Part shown: in pieces, positions 51,042 through 63,698 of the stretch
How the letters are laid out: every line of letters begins with the position of its first letter
How positions within the stretch are numbered: position 1 is the first letter of the stretch
Assembly (NCBI GenBank): GCA_963795855.1
Contig: CAWCIZ010000001.1
Span: forward strand, 416,001 to 480,000
Reading direction: 5' to 3'
Origin: Vulcanimicrobiota bacterium
GTDB taxonomy: Bacteria > Vulcanimicrobiota > Vulcanimicrobiia > Vulcanimicrobiales > Vulcanimicrobiaceae
Length of the DNA: 64,000 nucleotides
The notes under the pieces: generated by a model
The model's input: the letters and a program-made list of their open reading frames with translations, nothing else
Told to the model about the DNA's origin: nothing
The model's database searches: none
Program-made: the position numbers and the translations under genes

Positions 51042-51279
51042 AGTATGTAGCATGCAAGCGCCCTCGGGGAGAGTTCATTCGGCCAGAACGCTTTCCGGCG
51101 CCCGAATGTGGGGGCCCCACGAAGTGGGGGGCGCGCAGGCTAGGCCGGAGCGCCGCTGTTTTTGGTAGTATGCACCATGCAAGCGCCCTCGGGGAGAGTT
51201 CATTCGGCCAGAACGCTTTCCGGCGCCCGAATTTGGGGGCCCCACGAAGTGGGGGGCGCGCAGGCTAGGCCGGAGCGCC
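51042..51279. repeat. two-copy direct repeat, period 125 bp, with internal palindromes
   Basis: Cores 51051-51154 and 51176-51279 (104 bp) differ at one base (AATGTG vs AATTTG); both are preceded by AGTATG. Confidence 0.95.
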
Positions 51280-51286
51280 TTTTAAA

Positions 51287-52375
51287 ATGACCAGCCTTTA
51301 CGATCGTTTGGAAACCATCGCGAAACGCTTCGACGAAATCGAAGCGGAACTCGCGCATCCCCCCGGCGGCTTCGACCAAACGCGCTACACCGCGCTCGTC
51401 AAAGAGCGGGCAGCGATCGAAGAGACCGTATCGGTATACCGCCGTTATAAGAAAACGCTCGAGGAAATCGCCGCGAACGAAGAGCTGCTCAAGGACCGCA
51501 GCGATGCGGACATGCATCAGCTCGCGGAAGAAGAAGCGCAAGCCCTTCGCGAGCGCCGGGAGCAGTTGCATGCCGACCTGCAGCAGCTGATGATCCCGAA
51601 GGATCCGGATGACGAAAAGGACGTCTTCATCGAGATTCGCGCCGGTGCCGGGGGCGACGAAGCCGCGATTTTCGCCGGCGATCTCGCGCGCATGTACATG
51701 CGGTATGCGGAAGCGCAGCGGATGAAGGTGGAACTCGTTTCCCAGAGCGAGAGCGACGCCGGCGGCTATAAAGAGATCGTGTTCGCCGTCAAAGCGAACG
51801 CACCGTACAAGAACTTCAAGCATGAATCGGGCGTGCACCGCGTGCAGCGCGTGCCGGTTACGGAATCGCAGGGGCGCGTTCACACGAGTACCGCAACGGT
51901 CGCGGTGCTGCCGCAAGTCGAAGAAGACGTGGACGTGGAGATCAATCCCGCGGACTTGCAGATCGACACGTACAAATCCAGCGGCGCCGGCGGTCAATAC
52001 GTCAACAAGACGGAATCCGCAATTCGCATCACGCACGTGCCGACCGGACTCGTCGTCGCTTCGCAGCAGGAGCGCTCGCAAATTCAGAATCGCGCGAAAG
52101 CGATGGAGATGCTGCGGGCGATGCTGTACGATCGCAAGCGCCGCGAGGCCGAAGAAGCGATGGGTTCGATGCGCCGCAGCCAGGTCGGCACGGGCGACCG
52201 GTCGGAAAAGATTCGCACCTATAATTTTCCGCAAGACCGCATCACGGATCACCGCATCAACCAGAACTTCGGCAACATCCGCGGAATCATGGACGGCGAC
52301 ATGGGGCACATCGTCGAGGAACTGCTCAAGGACGAACGCGCTCGGGCGCTGGCGGGCGAAGGTTCTGCGGCTTAG
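51287..52375 (+). CDS. prfA: peptide chain release factor 1
   Basis: [14 protein letters not shown] (PxT motif), [17 protein letters not shown]. Confidence 0.97.
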   Translation: MTSLYDRLETIAKRFDEIEAELAHPPGGFDQTRYTALVKERAAIEETVSVYRRYKKTLEEIAANEELLKDRSDADMHQLAEEEAQALRERREQLHADLQQLMIPKDPDDEKDVFIEIRAGAGGDEAAIFAGDLARMYMRYAEAQRMKVELVSQSESDAGGYKEIVFAVKANAPYKNFKHESGVHRVQRVPVTESQGRVHTSTATVAVLPQVEEDVDVEINPADLQIDTYKSSGAGGQYVNKTESAIRITHVPTGLVVASQQERSQIQNRAKAMEMLRAMLYDRKRREAEEAMGSMRRSQVGTGDRSEKIRTYNFPQDRITDHRINQNFGNIRGIMDGDMGHIVEELLKDERARALAGEGSAA

Positions 52376-52439
52376 CCGGGAAGCGGGCGCCCGGCGTCGA
52401 ACCAAACGTCGACGGGACGCGCTCAAGGATGGGGCTCCA

Positions 52440-53327
52440 ATGATGACTGCAGGGATAAGCACGCAGCGAAAACCGCAAACCGTAACGGCCAGCCTCGCAC
52501 AAGGCATGCTGCTTCTGGCCGAGTCCAGTCCGACTCCGCGCGCGGACGCGCAGATCCTGCTCGCTTTCACGCTCGGACGGGAACGCGGATGGCTCCTCTC
52601 GCACGGGGAGAGCTTTTAAGTCGAGCGCAATCGGACAAATACGCCGCTCTTTGCGAGAAGCGCGCAATGGGAATGCCGGTCGCCTACATCACGGGATTTG
52701 CCGGATTTTTCGGCCGTGAATTCGCGGTCAACGAACACGTGCTCATTCCGCGGCCCGACGGAGCATTTGGTGGAGGATGTACTCGCGCATCTGCGCGCTC
52801 AAGCCCGGACACTGGTCACGGTTTTCGAAGCGGGCGTGGGCAGCGGCGCGATCGCGTGCACAATTGCCGCGGAAGTTCACGGTGCATTCGTCGAGGGAAC
52901 CGACGCCAGCGCGGCCGCGCTCAAGGTCGCGGATTACAACGCGCGGCGCCTGAACGTTCACACGCGCTGCGCGTTTCATTATGCGGACGTCGTAAAGGAC
53001 AACTCCGAAAAAAGCTATGACGCGATCCTCGCGAACCTGCCGTACATCCCGACTGCCGACGTGCCGTCCAAGCCGGATGCCGTCGGTTTCGAGCCGCGGA
53101 TGGCGCTGGACGGCGGCCCCGACGGCTTGATGCACTATCGAAAGCTGCTCGCGGCGGCGCCGCGCATGCTTCGGCCCCGAGGCGTGCTGCTGATGGAAGC
53201 CGCTCCCCCGACCATCGGGCCGCTCCGCGACCTCGCCGCCGCGGCATTCCCGCAGGCCGCCTTGGAGGTCCGGCGCGATTACGCGGGCCTGGATCGATAC
53301 GTGTTCGTTACGAACGCGCCGGCATGA
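52440..53327 (+). CDS. prmC: release factor glutamine methyltransferase; two frameshifts (near 52617 and 52757)
   Basis: PVAYITG, VLIPRP-TEHLV, GVGSGAIA, ANLPYIP, FEP..ALDGG; follows prfA. Confidence 0.9.
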
Positions 53328-55750
<2,423 letters not shown>

Positions 55751-55772
<22 letters not shown>

Positions 55773-56782
55773 CCCTCGACGCGCGCATCACGCGACAACT
55801 GTCCGTCGGCATGAAAACGTACGCGCGAGAACTCGCCGAACGTTTGCCCCGAGTTGCGCCCGATTTGCGCTTCGTCGCGTTTCGGCAGGGCACGAACTTC
55901 GGCTGGGACGAGCAGGTGCGCCTTCCCCGCGCCATCGCCCACAGCGGAGCCGCATTGACGCATTTCCTCTCGATCTACACACCTGCATTGCCGCCGCGGC
56001 CTTACGTCGTGACAATCCACGATTTGATTCACTTGCGTTTCCCGCAGTACTTCAAGTCCAAAGTGCCGCTTTATTATAAGACGCTCGTGCGCCTGGCCGC
56101 GCGGCGCGCCGCGCGCGTCATCACCGACGACGAGCGGACTATCGAAGACCTGCATGCGTTTCTCGGCGTGCGTCGCGAGCGAGTGCGCGTCGTCCCGCTC
56201 GGCGTCGAAGATCGCTTCTTGGCCGACGTAGAACCGGTCCGCGCGCCGCGCCCGTATCTGCTGTACGCCGGCAACCATCGCGAGCACAAAGACATCGCGA
56301 CGCTGCTTGCGGCATGGGCGTCGCTGCCCGAATCGTACGAGATCGATTTGTACCTGACCGGCGAGGACGACTTCGCCGGAGCGCTGCAAGCGCGCTCGAC
56401 GCCGGCGCGGCGGGCCGTCGCGCTGGGTGAGGTTGCGCACGATGAACTCCCGCGTTATTACGCGGGAGCGAAAGCGCTCGTGCACCCCGCGCTGCTCGAG
56501 GGGTTCGGCCTGCCGATGCTCGAGGCCATGGCTTGCGGATGCCCGGTAGTCGCGACCCGGGAGTCGCTGCCGGGCGCGCTCGGCGGCGCGGCGCTGACTT
56601 TCAACGCCGGAGACGTCCGCGGCGCGCGCGAGCAAATCGTGCGGCTCCTCGACGATGACGCCCTGCGCTTGCGCGCAGTGCAAGAAGGTCGGCGCCGGGC
56701 ACGGACGCTGACGTGGGACCTCTGCGCCGCGCAGACCGCGGAGGTTTACCGCGAAGTGTTGCGCGAAAGCGCACGCCAATGA
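55751..56782 (+). CDS. GT4 glycosyltransferase
   Basis: VTIHDL, HKDI, EGFGLPMLEAMACG. Confidence 0.92.
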
Positions 56783-58302
56783 AACGCGTCACCGCACTTC
56801 TCGCCGCGATGCTCCTGCTGTTGGGCGCGACGCCGCAGCATGCGCGGCGCCCAGTCGGAAATCGCGTGCTTCCGATCGCGCTGGTGCTCAACGGTACGCG
56901 TCTTGCCGTGAATCCGCCGCCCATTTTCTACAAATATCATTTGCTCGTGCCGGTGCGTCGTATTCTCTCCGCGCTGGGGCTCAGTTTTGAAAAGGACGGC
57001 CGTTACGTGCGAACTTACGCGGGCGCGAAAACGATTCAACTTCTCATCGGCAGCACCGTCGCGCAAGTCGATAATCAGCCCGTCGTGCTGGACGCGGCGC
57101 CGGTGGAGATAAAGAACGTCTTGTACGCGCCGCTGCGATTTTTTACCGAGGCGCTGGAGGCACAGGCAGTGTACAACCGCCAGACCAACAGCGTCGAGAT
57201 CGTCTCGACGCTAGTCGGCCGCTCCGGAAACGGGATCGTCGACAACGTCAACGGGGACGTGCAAATGCTCGGCACGATCACCAAGGTCGACTTGGACTCC
57301 GATCCCCCCAGCATAACGCTCACGCACAACGCGTCGGTGCGAACGATTACCGTCACGCCGGACGTTTCGGTCATGGTTCAGGACGTGAACGCCGGAACCA
57401 GCAACGCCGGCGATCTCACGCAAATCCACACGGGCGATTACGCGCACCTTTATCTGAACAAGCAGGGCACGATCAAACGTATCGTCGACGCGTTCGGCTC
57501 GCGTAGCGGAACGATCGCGGCACTCGCGTCGCAGCAGATCGTACTCGACGACGGACATGTAATCGTTCCTACGCGTGCGACCACGATAACACTCAATGGG
57601 GCCGATGCGACCGTCGACAAGTTGGCAGTCGGAGACGTGCTGATGGTGCGGTACAACATCGACAGCTCGGAACCGCTGCAGATTTTCGCCACGCGTCCGG
57701 CGGTGACGGCCGCGCCGGTGCAGACGGGCGTCGCGATCGGCGGCATCGACGTGTCGCCGCAGAGCCCGCTGCGGGCAGGCCAGTCGCTCAGCGTAACGCT
57801 TCGCGGAACGCCCGGCGGAACGGCCGGATACGACATCGGCCCGTACGTGCGCAATCTGAATCTGACCGAACAGCAGCCCGGCGTTTACACGGGAACCTAC
57901 ACGATCGCACGCGGCCAGAACTTCACGGATGCGCCGATTCTCGGACGGTTGAACGTGCGCGGGACCGATGCGCCGCAGGCGGTTTCGCAGACGACCGTTT
58001 CGGTTTCCACCGAGGCGCCGGGCATCATCGATTTCGCCCCCGATGAAGGTTCGGTCGTCAACAACGCTCGTCCGAGCATTTACGCGACTTTTTCGTCGGG
58101 AACAGTGGCGGTCAATCCGTCGAGCGCGCGGCTGGAGATCAACGGTCACGACGTGACTTCCAGCGCCGTGCGCAGCGCGCGCTTCATCCATTACACGCCG
58201 GGGATCGACTATGCGAACGGCCCGATGCGCGTCACCGTCAGCGTGTCCGACGCGGCGGGCAACACTGCGACGAAAAACTGGACGTTTTTCATAAGGAAGT
58301 AG
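56779..58302 (+). CDS. secreted protein with copper-amine-oxidase N-terminal domain and beta-sandwich C-terminus
   Basis: Signal peptide; LLVPVRRILSALG and LYAPLRFFTEAL; ends DAAGN..WTF. Confidence 0.75.
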   Translation: MKRVTALLAAMLLLLGATPQHARRPVGNRVLPIALVLNGTRLAVNPPPIFYKYHLLVPVRRILSALGLSFEKDGRYVRTYAGAKTIQLLIGSTVAQVDNQPVVLDAAPVEIKNVLYAPLRFFTEALEAQAVYNRQTNSVEIVSTLVGRSGNGIVDNVNGDVQMLGTITKVDLDSDPPSITLTHNASVRTITVTPDVSVMVQDVNAGTSNAGDLTQIHTGDYAHLYLNKQGTIKRIVDAFGSRSGTIAALASQQIVLDDGHVIVPTRATTITLNGADATVDKLAVGDVLMVRYNIDSSEPLQIFATRPAVTAAPVQTGVAIGGIDVSPQSPLRAGQSLSVTLRGTPGGTAGYDIGPYVRNLNLTEQQPGVYTGTYTIARGQNFTDAPILGRLNVRGTDAPQAVSQTTVSVSTEAPGIIDFAPDEGSVVNNARPSIYATFSSGTVAVNPSSARLEINGHDVTSSAVRSARFIHYTPGIDYANGPMRVTVSVSDAAGNTATKNWTFFIRK

Positions 58303-58305
58303 TGC

Positions 58306-58653
58306 ATGAGCGATCCGAACTGCATCTTTTGCAAAATCGTCCGCGGCGAGATACCCGCAACATTCGTGCACCGCGACGACGACATTGCGGCGATCGAAGA
58401 CGTCAACCCGCAGGCACCGGCGCACGTACTCGTTCTGCCGGTCGAGCACGTGCCGAACCTCGAGGCGTTCGCGGCCGCCGCATCGCCCGAACGTATAGCG
58501 AACCTCCTGCGCGTGGCCGGACGGATAGGCCGCGAACGCGGTGAGAACGGATTTCGCATGGTGGTCAACACCGGCGCGGACGGCGGTCAGACCGTCGAGC
58601 ATCTGCACGTGCACGTGCTGGCCGGCCGCGGCATGCAGTGGCCGCCGGGATAG
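58306..58653 (+). CDS. histidine triad (HINT) nucleotide-binding protein
   Basis: CIFCKI and GQTVEHLHVHVLAGR..WPPG. Confidence 0.95.
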   Translation: MSDPNCIFCKIVRGEIPATFVHRDDDIAAIEDVNPQAPAHVLVLPVEHVPNLEAFAAAASPERIANLLRVAGRIGRERGENGFRMVVNTGADGGQTVEHLHVHVLAGRGMQWPPG

Positions 58654-58782
58654 CAATTTTTGTAAAGATCTTGTCCGTGAGATGACAAGCGCGCGGTTTT
58701 TTACTCTGCTGCTGCGCATAAGTATGGACGCGGCTGAGAAGCCGCCGGCGCCGATTTTGTTGCCTGCATCTGTGGAGGATGT

Positions 58783-58848
58783 ATGTCCAGCACAACGCTT
58801 CGTGTCGGATTTTTCACCGAGACCGGATGCGTTATTTTCGTGCGCTGA
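58783..58848 (+). CDS. candidate 21-aa small protein MSSTTLRVGFFTETGCVIFVR
   Basis: GGAGG at 58774-58778, ATG 58783, TGA 58846-58848 directly followed by a terminator. Confidence 0.45.
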   Translation: MSSTTLRVGFFTETGCVIFVR

Positions 58849-58877
58849 AGAGGAATCCAATCGGGTTCCTCTTTTTT
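58848..58877 (+). terminator. Rho-independent terminator
   Basis: AAGAGGAATCC-AATC-GGGTTCCTCTT with a T6 run. Confidence 0.85.
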
Positions 58878-58937
58878 ATTGTTTGTCCGACGCAACCGCT
58901 TTGGAGCAACGCCGTCAGCGGCTGCGTGCAATAGACC

Positions 58938-58966
58938 TTGCGGGCTGGGCCCGCTTGTGCTATCGT
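58938..58966 (+). promoter_or_regulatory. sigma70-type promoter of the rpsU operon
   Basis: TTGCGG-17 bp-TATCGT with extended TG. Confidence 0.55.
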
Positions 58967-59049
58967 CGCTAGTCGGGGGCCCGCGTGGCGGGCCCCCGAA
59001 ATTTTCGTGTGCCGGAAAGCCGGCCCGAGCCGAAAGGGGGGTTGAAATA

Positions 59050-59220
59050 ATGGAAGTACGCGTTGCTCCGGGCGAATCCATCGAGAGCGCGCTGCGCCGT
59101 TTCAAGAAAGCCACCCAGAAGGCCGGCGTCTTGGCGGAAGCGCGCAAGCACGAGCATTACGAGAAACCGAGCGTCCGCCGCAAGAAGAAATCGGCCGCCG
59201 CCCGTAAGCGCCGCGCCTGA
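59050..59220 (+). CDS. rpsU: 30S ribosomal protein S21
   Basis: [24 protein letters not shown]. Confidence 0.95.
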   Translation: MEVRVAPGESIESALRRFKKATQKAGVLAEARKHEHYEKPSVRRKKKSAAARKRRA

Positions 59221-59666
59221 TGGCCGCGCTCAAAGACCGCATCGCTGCCGATTTGAAGGACGCGATGAAGGCACGCGATCAACTTCGGGTCGACACATTG
59301 CGGTCGGCCCTTTCCGGTTTCACCTACAAGCGAACGGAAGCAGGCGTCGATCTCAGCGAATCCGACGAATTGGACGTCGTGCGCAAACAGGTGAAGCAGC
59401 GCAACGATTCGTTCTCCGAATTTCAAAAAGCCGGACGAACCGATTTGGCCGACAAAGAGCAAGCCGAGCGCGAGATTTTGTTGGCGTATTTGCCGGCGCA
59501 AAAGTCTGCGGATGACGTCCGGGCGCTCGTCAAGGCGATAATCGCCGAGTTGCCCGAGGGCGGACGCAATCAAGGCGCCGTCATGAAAGGTGCAATGTCG
59601 GAACTCAAAGGGCTCGCGGACGGCAATCTGGTCCGCCAAATCGTCACCGAAGAGCTCGCCCGCTGA
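59220..59666 (+). CDS. yqeY: GatB/YqeY domain protein
   Basis: DLKDAMKARD, KQRNDS..F.KAGR.DL..E..YLP, ADG. Confidence 0.9.
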   Translation: MAALKDRIAADLKDAMKARDQLRVDTLRSALSGFTYKRTEAGVDLSESDELDVVRKQVKQRNDSFSEFQKAGRTDLADKEQAEREILLAYLPAQKSADDVRALVKAIIAELPEGGRNQGAVMKGAMSELKGLADGNLVRQIVTEELAR

Positions 59667-59711
59667 AGTAGATAGGCGGAACTTTCCAGAAGCGAGCAGG
59701 TAGCTCGTATC

Positions 59712-60371
59712 ATGGAACTGGTTCATGCGCTCAACACACCGCTGGTCAGTGCCGCCCTCCTAACGGTGGGGCTTCTTGGCCTGCTGCTCGAGATGCAGAC
59801 GCTTCACGGTGTCGCGGGCCTCGTCGGGCTGGGCGCCCTTGGCCTGTTCTTCGCAGGTCACATCGCGGCCGGTGCGAGCGGGCCGCTCGTTATCGTGTTG
59901 GCCGTCGCCGGCATCGCCGGTATTCTCTGGGAGCTGCATGTCGTTCCCGGACACGGTGCGCCAGGCATCATCGGCGGAGCACTGCTGCTGCTCTCCATCT
60001 TACTCGCGTTCGGCACGCCCATGATCTTCGTCGCGATGCAAACGGTCGCGACCGCGATCGTTCTGACCGTCGTGCTGTTCTATCTCGCGACGCGCGTCTT
60101 TCCCGAGAACGCGTGGATTGCGAAACTCACCTTCGCCGGTGCGCAAGGGAGCGATTACGTTGCCAGTTCGGACTACACGTCGCTCGTGGGGAAGAGCGGC
60201 GTTGCCGCGTCGTATCTGCGCCCTGCAGGCGTCGCGTTGTTCGACGGTCAACGCGCCGACGTGCTGACGCAGGGCGAGTTCATTCAGGAGGGGACCCCCG
60301 TTCGAGTGACGCGCGTCGAGGGTGCGCGCATCTTCGTGGAGCCGATCGAGCTCCCGAGTTATAAGGAGTAA
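59712..60371 (+). CDS. NfeD-family membrane protein
   Basis: TM segments then LVGKSG..LRPAG..DV...GEFI..G..V.V; precedes floA. Confidence 0.88.
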   Translation: MELVHALNTPLVSAALLTVGLLGLLLEMQTLHGVAGLVGLGALGLFFAGHIAAGASGPLVIVLAVAGIAGILWELHVVPGHGAPGIIGGALLLLSILLAFGTPMIFVAMQTVATAIVLTVVLFYLATRVFPENAWIAKLTFAGAQGSDYVASSDYTSLVGKSGVAASYLRPAGVALFDGQRADVLTQGEFIQEGTPVRVTRVEGARIFVEPIELPSYKE

Positions 60372-60376
60372 GCATC

Positions 60377-61396
60377 GTGGTTGCAGCGAGCGCGGCGATT
60401 ATTTTCTTCGTCGTCATCATTGTGCTCATTGCGTTCCTCTACTACGTTCCGGTTGGACTGTGGTTCACATCGGTTGCGTCCGGCGTTCCGGTCAGCATCG
60501 GATCGCTCATCGGCATGCGATTCAGGCGCGTGCCGCCGAGCCTCATCGTGAACACGCTCATCACGGCGCGCAAAGCGGGACTCTCTCTCACGGCGGACCA
60601 GTTGCAGTCGCATTACATGGCGGGCGGCAACATCGAGAACGTCGTTCGCGCGATGATCGCGGCGCAGCGCGCGCAGATACCGCTGGAATGGCAGCGCGCA
60701 GCGGCGATCGATTTGGCGGGACGGAACGTGCTGGAAGCGCTGCAGACATCTGTAAATCCGAAAGTAATCGAAACGCCGATTTTCCAAGGCGTCGCGCAGA
60801 ACGGCATTCAGCTCAACGTCAAAGCGCGCATCACGGTGCGCAGCAATCTCGACCGCTACGTCGGCGGAGCGGGCGAACCGACGATCATCGCGCGCGTCGG
60901 TGAAGGCGTCGTATCGGCGGTCGGTGCGGCCGTCGATCACAAGGAAGTACTCGAGTATCCCGACCGCATTTCCAAGATGGTGCTTGCAAAAGGGCTCGAC
61001 GCGGGCACCGCGTTCGAGATCGTCTCCATCGACATTGCGGACGTAGACGTCGGCAAGAACATCGGCGCGGAACTGCAGATGTCGCAAGCGGAAGCCGACC
61101 GCCGTATCGCGCAGGCGAAGGCGTCGGAACGGCAATACGCCGCATTGGCCGCGGAGCAGGAAATGAAGGCCGAAACACAGCGCATGCGCGCCAAAGTGGT
61201 CGAGGCGGAAGCAGCCGTTCCGCAAGCGATTTCCGAAGCGTTCCGCAGCGGAAATCTCGGCATCATGGACTACTACAAGATGAAGAACATCCAAGCCGAT
61301 TCCGACATGCGCGGCTCGATTTCGACCAGCGTCGCCGCCTCGACGGACAACGGCTCCGCGTCGCCGCCTCTGGCAGCGCCGGCGAAGGCGCCGTAA
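60377..61396 (+). CDS. floA: flotillin-like protein
   Basis: [48 protein letters not shown]. Confidence 0.93.
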   Translation: MVAASAAIIFFVVIIVLIAFLYYVPVGLWFTSVASGVPVSIGSLIGMRFRRVPPSLIVNTLITARKAGLSLTADQLQSHYMAGGNIENVVRAMIAAQRAQIPLEWQRAAAIDLAGRNVLEALQTSVNPKVIETPIFQGVAQNGIQLNVKARITVRSNLDRYVGGAGEPTIIARVGEGVVSAVGAAVDHKEVLEYPDRISKMVLAKGLDAGTAFEIVSIDIADVDVGKNIGAELQMSQAEADRRIAQAKASERQYAALAAEQEMKAETQRMRAKVVEAEAAVPQAISEAFRSGNLGIMDYYKMKNIQADSDMRGSISTSVAASTDNGSASPPLAAPAKAP

Positions 61397-61561
61397 GTGG
61401 ATCCGAGACGCCCGCTGCAGGGCATCTTCCAAGATGGGAATACATTGCTCCGAGCGATCATCGCGAGCGAAGTCCTCGCCGCGCCCGCGGCGCTGCGGCG
61501 GGACGAGCATCTTTGGGAGAACGATCTCTGGATTCAACAACCGAACGAAGCGTCGACCTGA
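61397..61561 (+). CDS. small YqfB-like protein (54 aa)
   Basis: GTG immediately after the floA stop; LLRAIIASEVLAAPAALR resembles the conserved C-terminal motif of proteins encoded after floA. Below the ORF-track cutoff. Confidence 0.6.
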   Translation: MDPRRPLQGIFQDGNTLLRAIIASEVLAAPAALRRDEHLWENDLWIQQPNEAST

Positions 61562-62482
61562 GCCCTCTTACCGATCATTTTCGCCTCTTCGGAAAGTTCG
61601 ATCAAAATCTCTCGGCGCTCGAAGACGCTCTGTCGGTCGCACTTCGCGTCGATGGCAACAGTCTGGTTCTTCACGGGGAGAGCTCGGCCGTCAATCAGGC
61701 GTACGACGTCGTGAAGCGCATGCTCGACGCAGCGGTTCGCGGTGCGCAGGTTACGCCGGACGACGTCGCGCTCGCCACTTCCGATGTGCTTCGCGGCCGC
61801 GCTGAAACTGCGCTTCCCGAAACGCTGTACCGATCGCACCGCGGCAAGGAGATCCGCCCGAAGACAGCCGGGCAGCGCGCGTTCGTCGAATCGATCGATC
61901 GCAACACGCTTACGTTCGGAATCGGGCCTGCCGGAACGGGAAAAACGTTTCTCGCCGTCGTTATGGCCGTTCGCGCGCTGCGCGGGCGTGAATCGCGCCC
62001 GTGTGATTCTCTCGCGCCCGGCGATCGAAGCCGGCGAAAAGTTGGGATTTCTTCCGGGCGATCTGAAAGAGAAAGTCGATCCGTATTTGCGACCGCTGTA
62101 CGACGCGCTCGAGGAGTTGCTCGACGCTGCCGTAGTGGAGCGATATTTGGAGCGCGGCATCATCGAAGTGGCTCCGCTGGCGTACATGCGCGGGCGCACG
62201 CTTTCCGACGCGTTCGTCATTTTGGATGAAGCGCAAAACGCGACGCGCGATCAGCTGAAAATGTTTTTGACGCGCCTCGGGGCGGGATCGAAGATGGTCG
62301 TCAACGGGGACGTCACGCAAGTGGATTTGCCGGGCGGCGCAAAGAGCGGCTTGACGGAAGCTCCGCGGCGCTTTCGCGATATCCAGGACATCGGCGTCGT
62401 CGAATTGACCGAGACCGACGTGGTGCGGCACCCGCTCGTCTCGAAAATCATTCGCGCATACGCGCGTCAAGACGGCGAATGA
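61513..62482 (+). CDS. phoH: PhoH-family ATPase; frameshift near 61993
   Basis: [43 protein letters not shown]. Confidence 0.92.
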
Positions 62483-62919
62483 TATACTTTCACAACGCCG
62501 TCAAGAACAGCGGTGTGGACACGCGCCGCTTCAAGACCGTCGCCCGCAAACTGCTGCGTGAAGTCGACGAGCCCGATTCCGCGCTCTCCATTTCGCTCGT
62601 CGGCGACGGCGTGATTCACGAGTTGAACGCGCAGCATCGCGGCAAAGACAAAGCAACGGACGTCCTCAGTTTTCCCTTGAATCCGACCCAAGGCGTTCCG
62701 GAGCGATTGCTCGGGGACGTCGTCATCAGCATCGACACTGCGCGCCGGCAAGCCGCCGACTACGACGCGCCGCTTCAGGACGAGCTCTACCGGCTGCTGA
62801 TCCACGGCATTCTGCACGTGCTCGGGCACGATCACGAGCGGCCGGCAGAGCGGGCGGCCATGGAGGCCGAAGAACGCCGTCTGGCAGCGGCTATCGGCAT
62901 GCCGTGGCCCTATGATTAA
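62479..62919 (+). CDS. ybeY: rRNA maturation endoribonuclease
   Basis: [24 protein letters not shown]. Confidence 0.95.
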   Translation: MIYFHNAVKNSGVDTRRFKTVARKLLREVDEPDSALSISLVGDGVIHELNAQHRGKDKATDVLSFPLNPTQGVPERLLGDVVISIDTARRQAADYDAPLQDELYRLLIHGILHVLGHDHERPAERAAMEAEERRLAAAIGMPWPYD

Positions 62920-63686
62920 CATGCACGAGCACAAACCGCGCGAGCAGCACCCCGAACACGAGTACGTGCGCATCACCGAAACGAAGTTCTGGAAATCGTT
63001 TCACTATGCGTTCGCCGGTATTTTGTATGCGGTGCGTACGCAGCCGAACATGCGCGTACATCTGTTCATCGCCGCGCTGGTGCTGGTGGCGACGCTCCTG
63101 TTGCGGCTCGAGCGCATTTACGTCGTCGCGATCGTCATTACGATCGTGATCGTCTTCAGCTCTGGAACTGATGAACACCGCCGTCGAAGCGGTCGTCGAT
63201 CTCCTGACGGTAGCGCACCACCCGCTCGCGAAGACGGCGAAGGACGCCGCCGCCGGCGCCGTTTTCGTATCGACGGTCGGCGCGGTCATCGTCGGTTACC
63301 TCGTCTTCTACCAGGGCATTCAGCAGGGCGGTACGCGCGTGTACGACGCCGTCGCGCAGGTGCCGGCGAACGTGATTCTCATCGCGCTGGCGCTCACCGC
63401 GATAGCAACGCTCTTTGCGAAGGCGTGGGTCGGTCGCGGCTCCCCGTTCCAGGGCGGCGCCGTTTCCGGGCATACCGCCCTGGCGTTTGCCGCCTCCACG
63501 GGCCTCGCGCTGTTCTACCAGCGGCCGCTCGTAGCGGTGCTGGCGTACTTCGTGGCCCTGCTCGTGGCGCAGAGTCGAGTCGAGGCGCGGATCCACACGA
63601 CGTTCGAGGTGACGTGGGGCGCCGTGCTGGGGACCTTGGTGGCCCTCGCCGTCTTCCTCTTGGTGCGGCCGCACCTTATGCTATAA
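62912..63686 (+). CDS. dgkA: diacylglycerol/undecaprenol kinase fused to a PAP2-like domain; frameshift near 63160
   Basis: SFHYAFAGI..NMRVH, ELMNTAVE..VD, AKDAAAGAV; then SGH and SRV...H PAP2 motifs. Confidence 0.85.
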
Positions 63687-63698
63687 TCCGGCTTGCAA

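Noticed and set aside
51042..51279. CRISPR array or tRNA pair
   Set aside because: Only two units of over 100 bp, no cas genes, no cloverleaf or T-loop consensus.
58541..58972. 143-aa and 76-aa ORFs across the hit-rpsU gap
   Set aside because: They overlap hit, the 143-aa ORF also crosses a terminator and promoter, and neither has motifs or coding-like composition.
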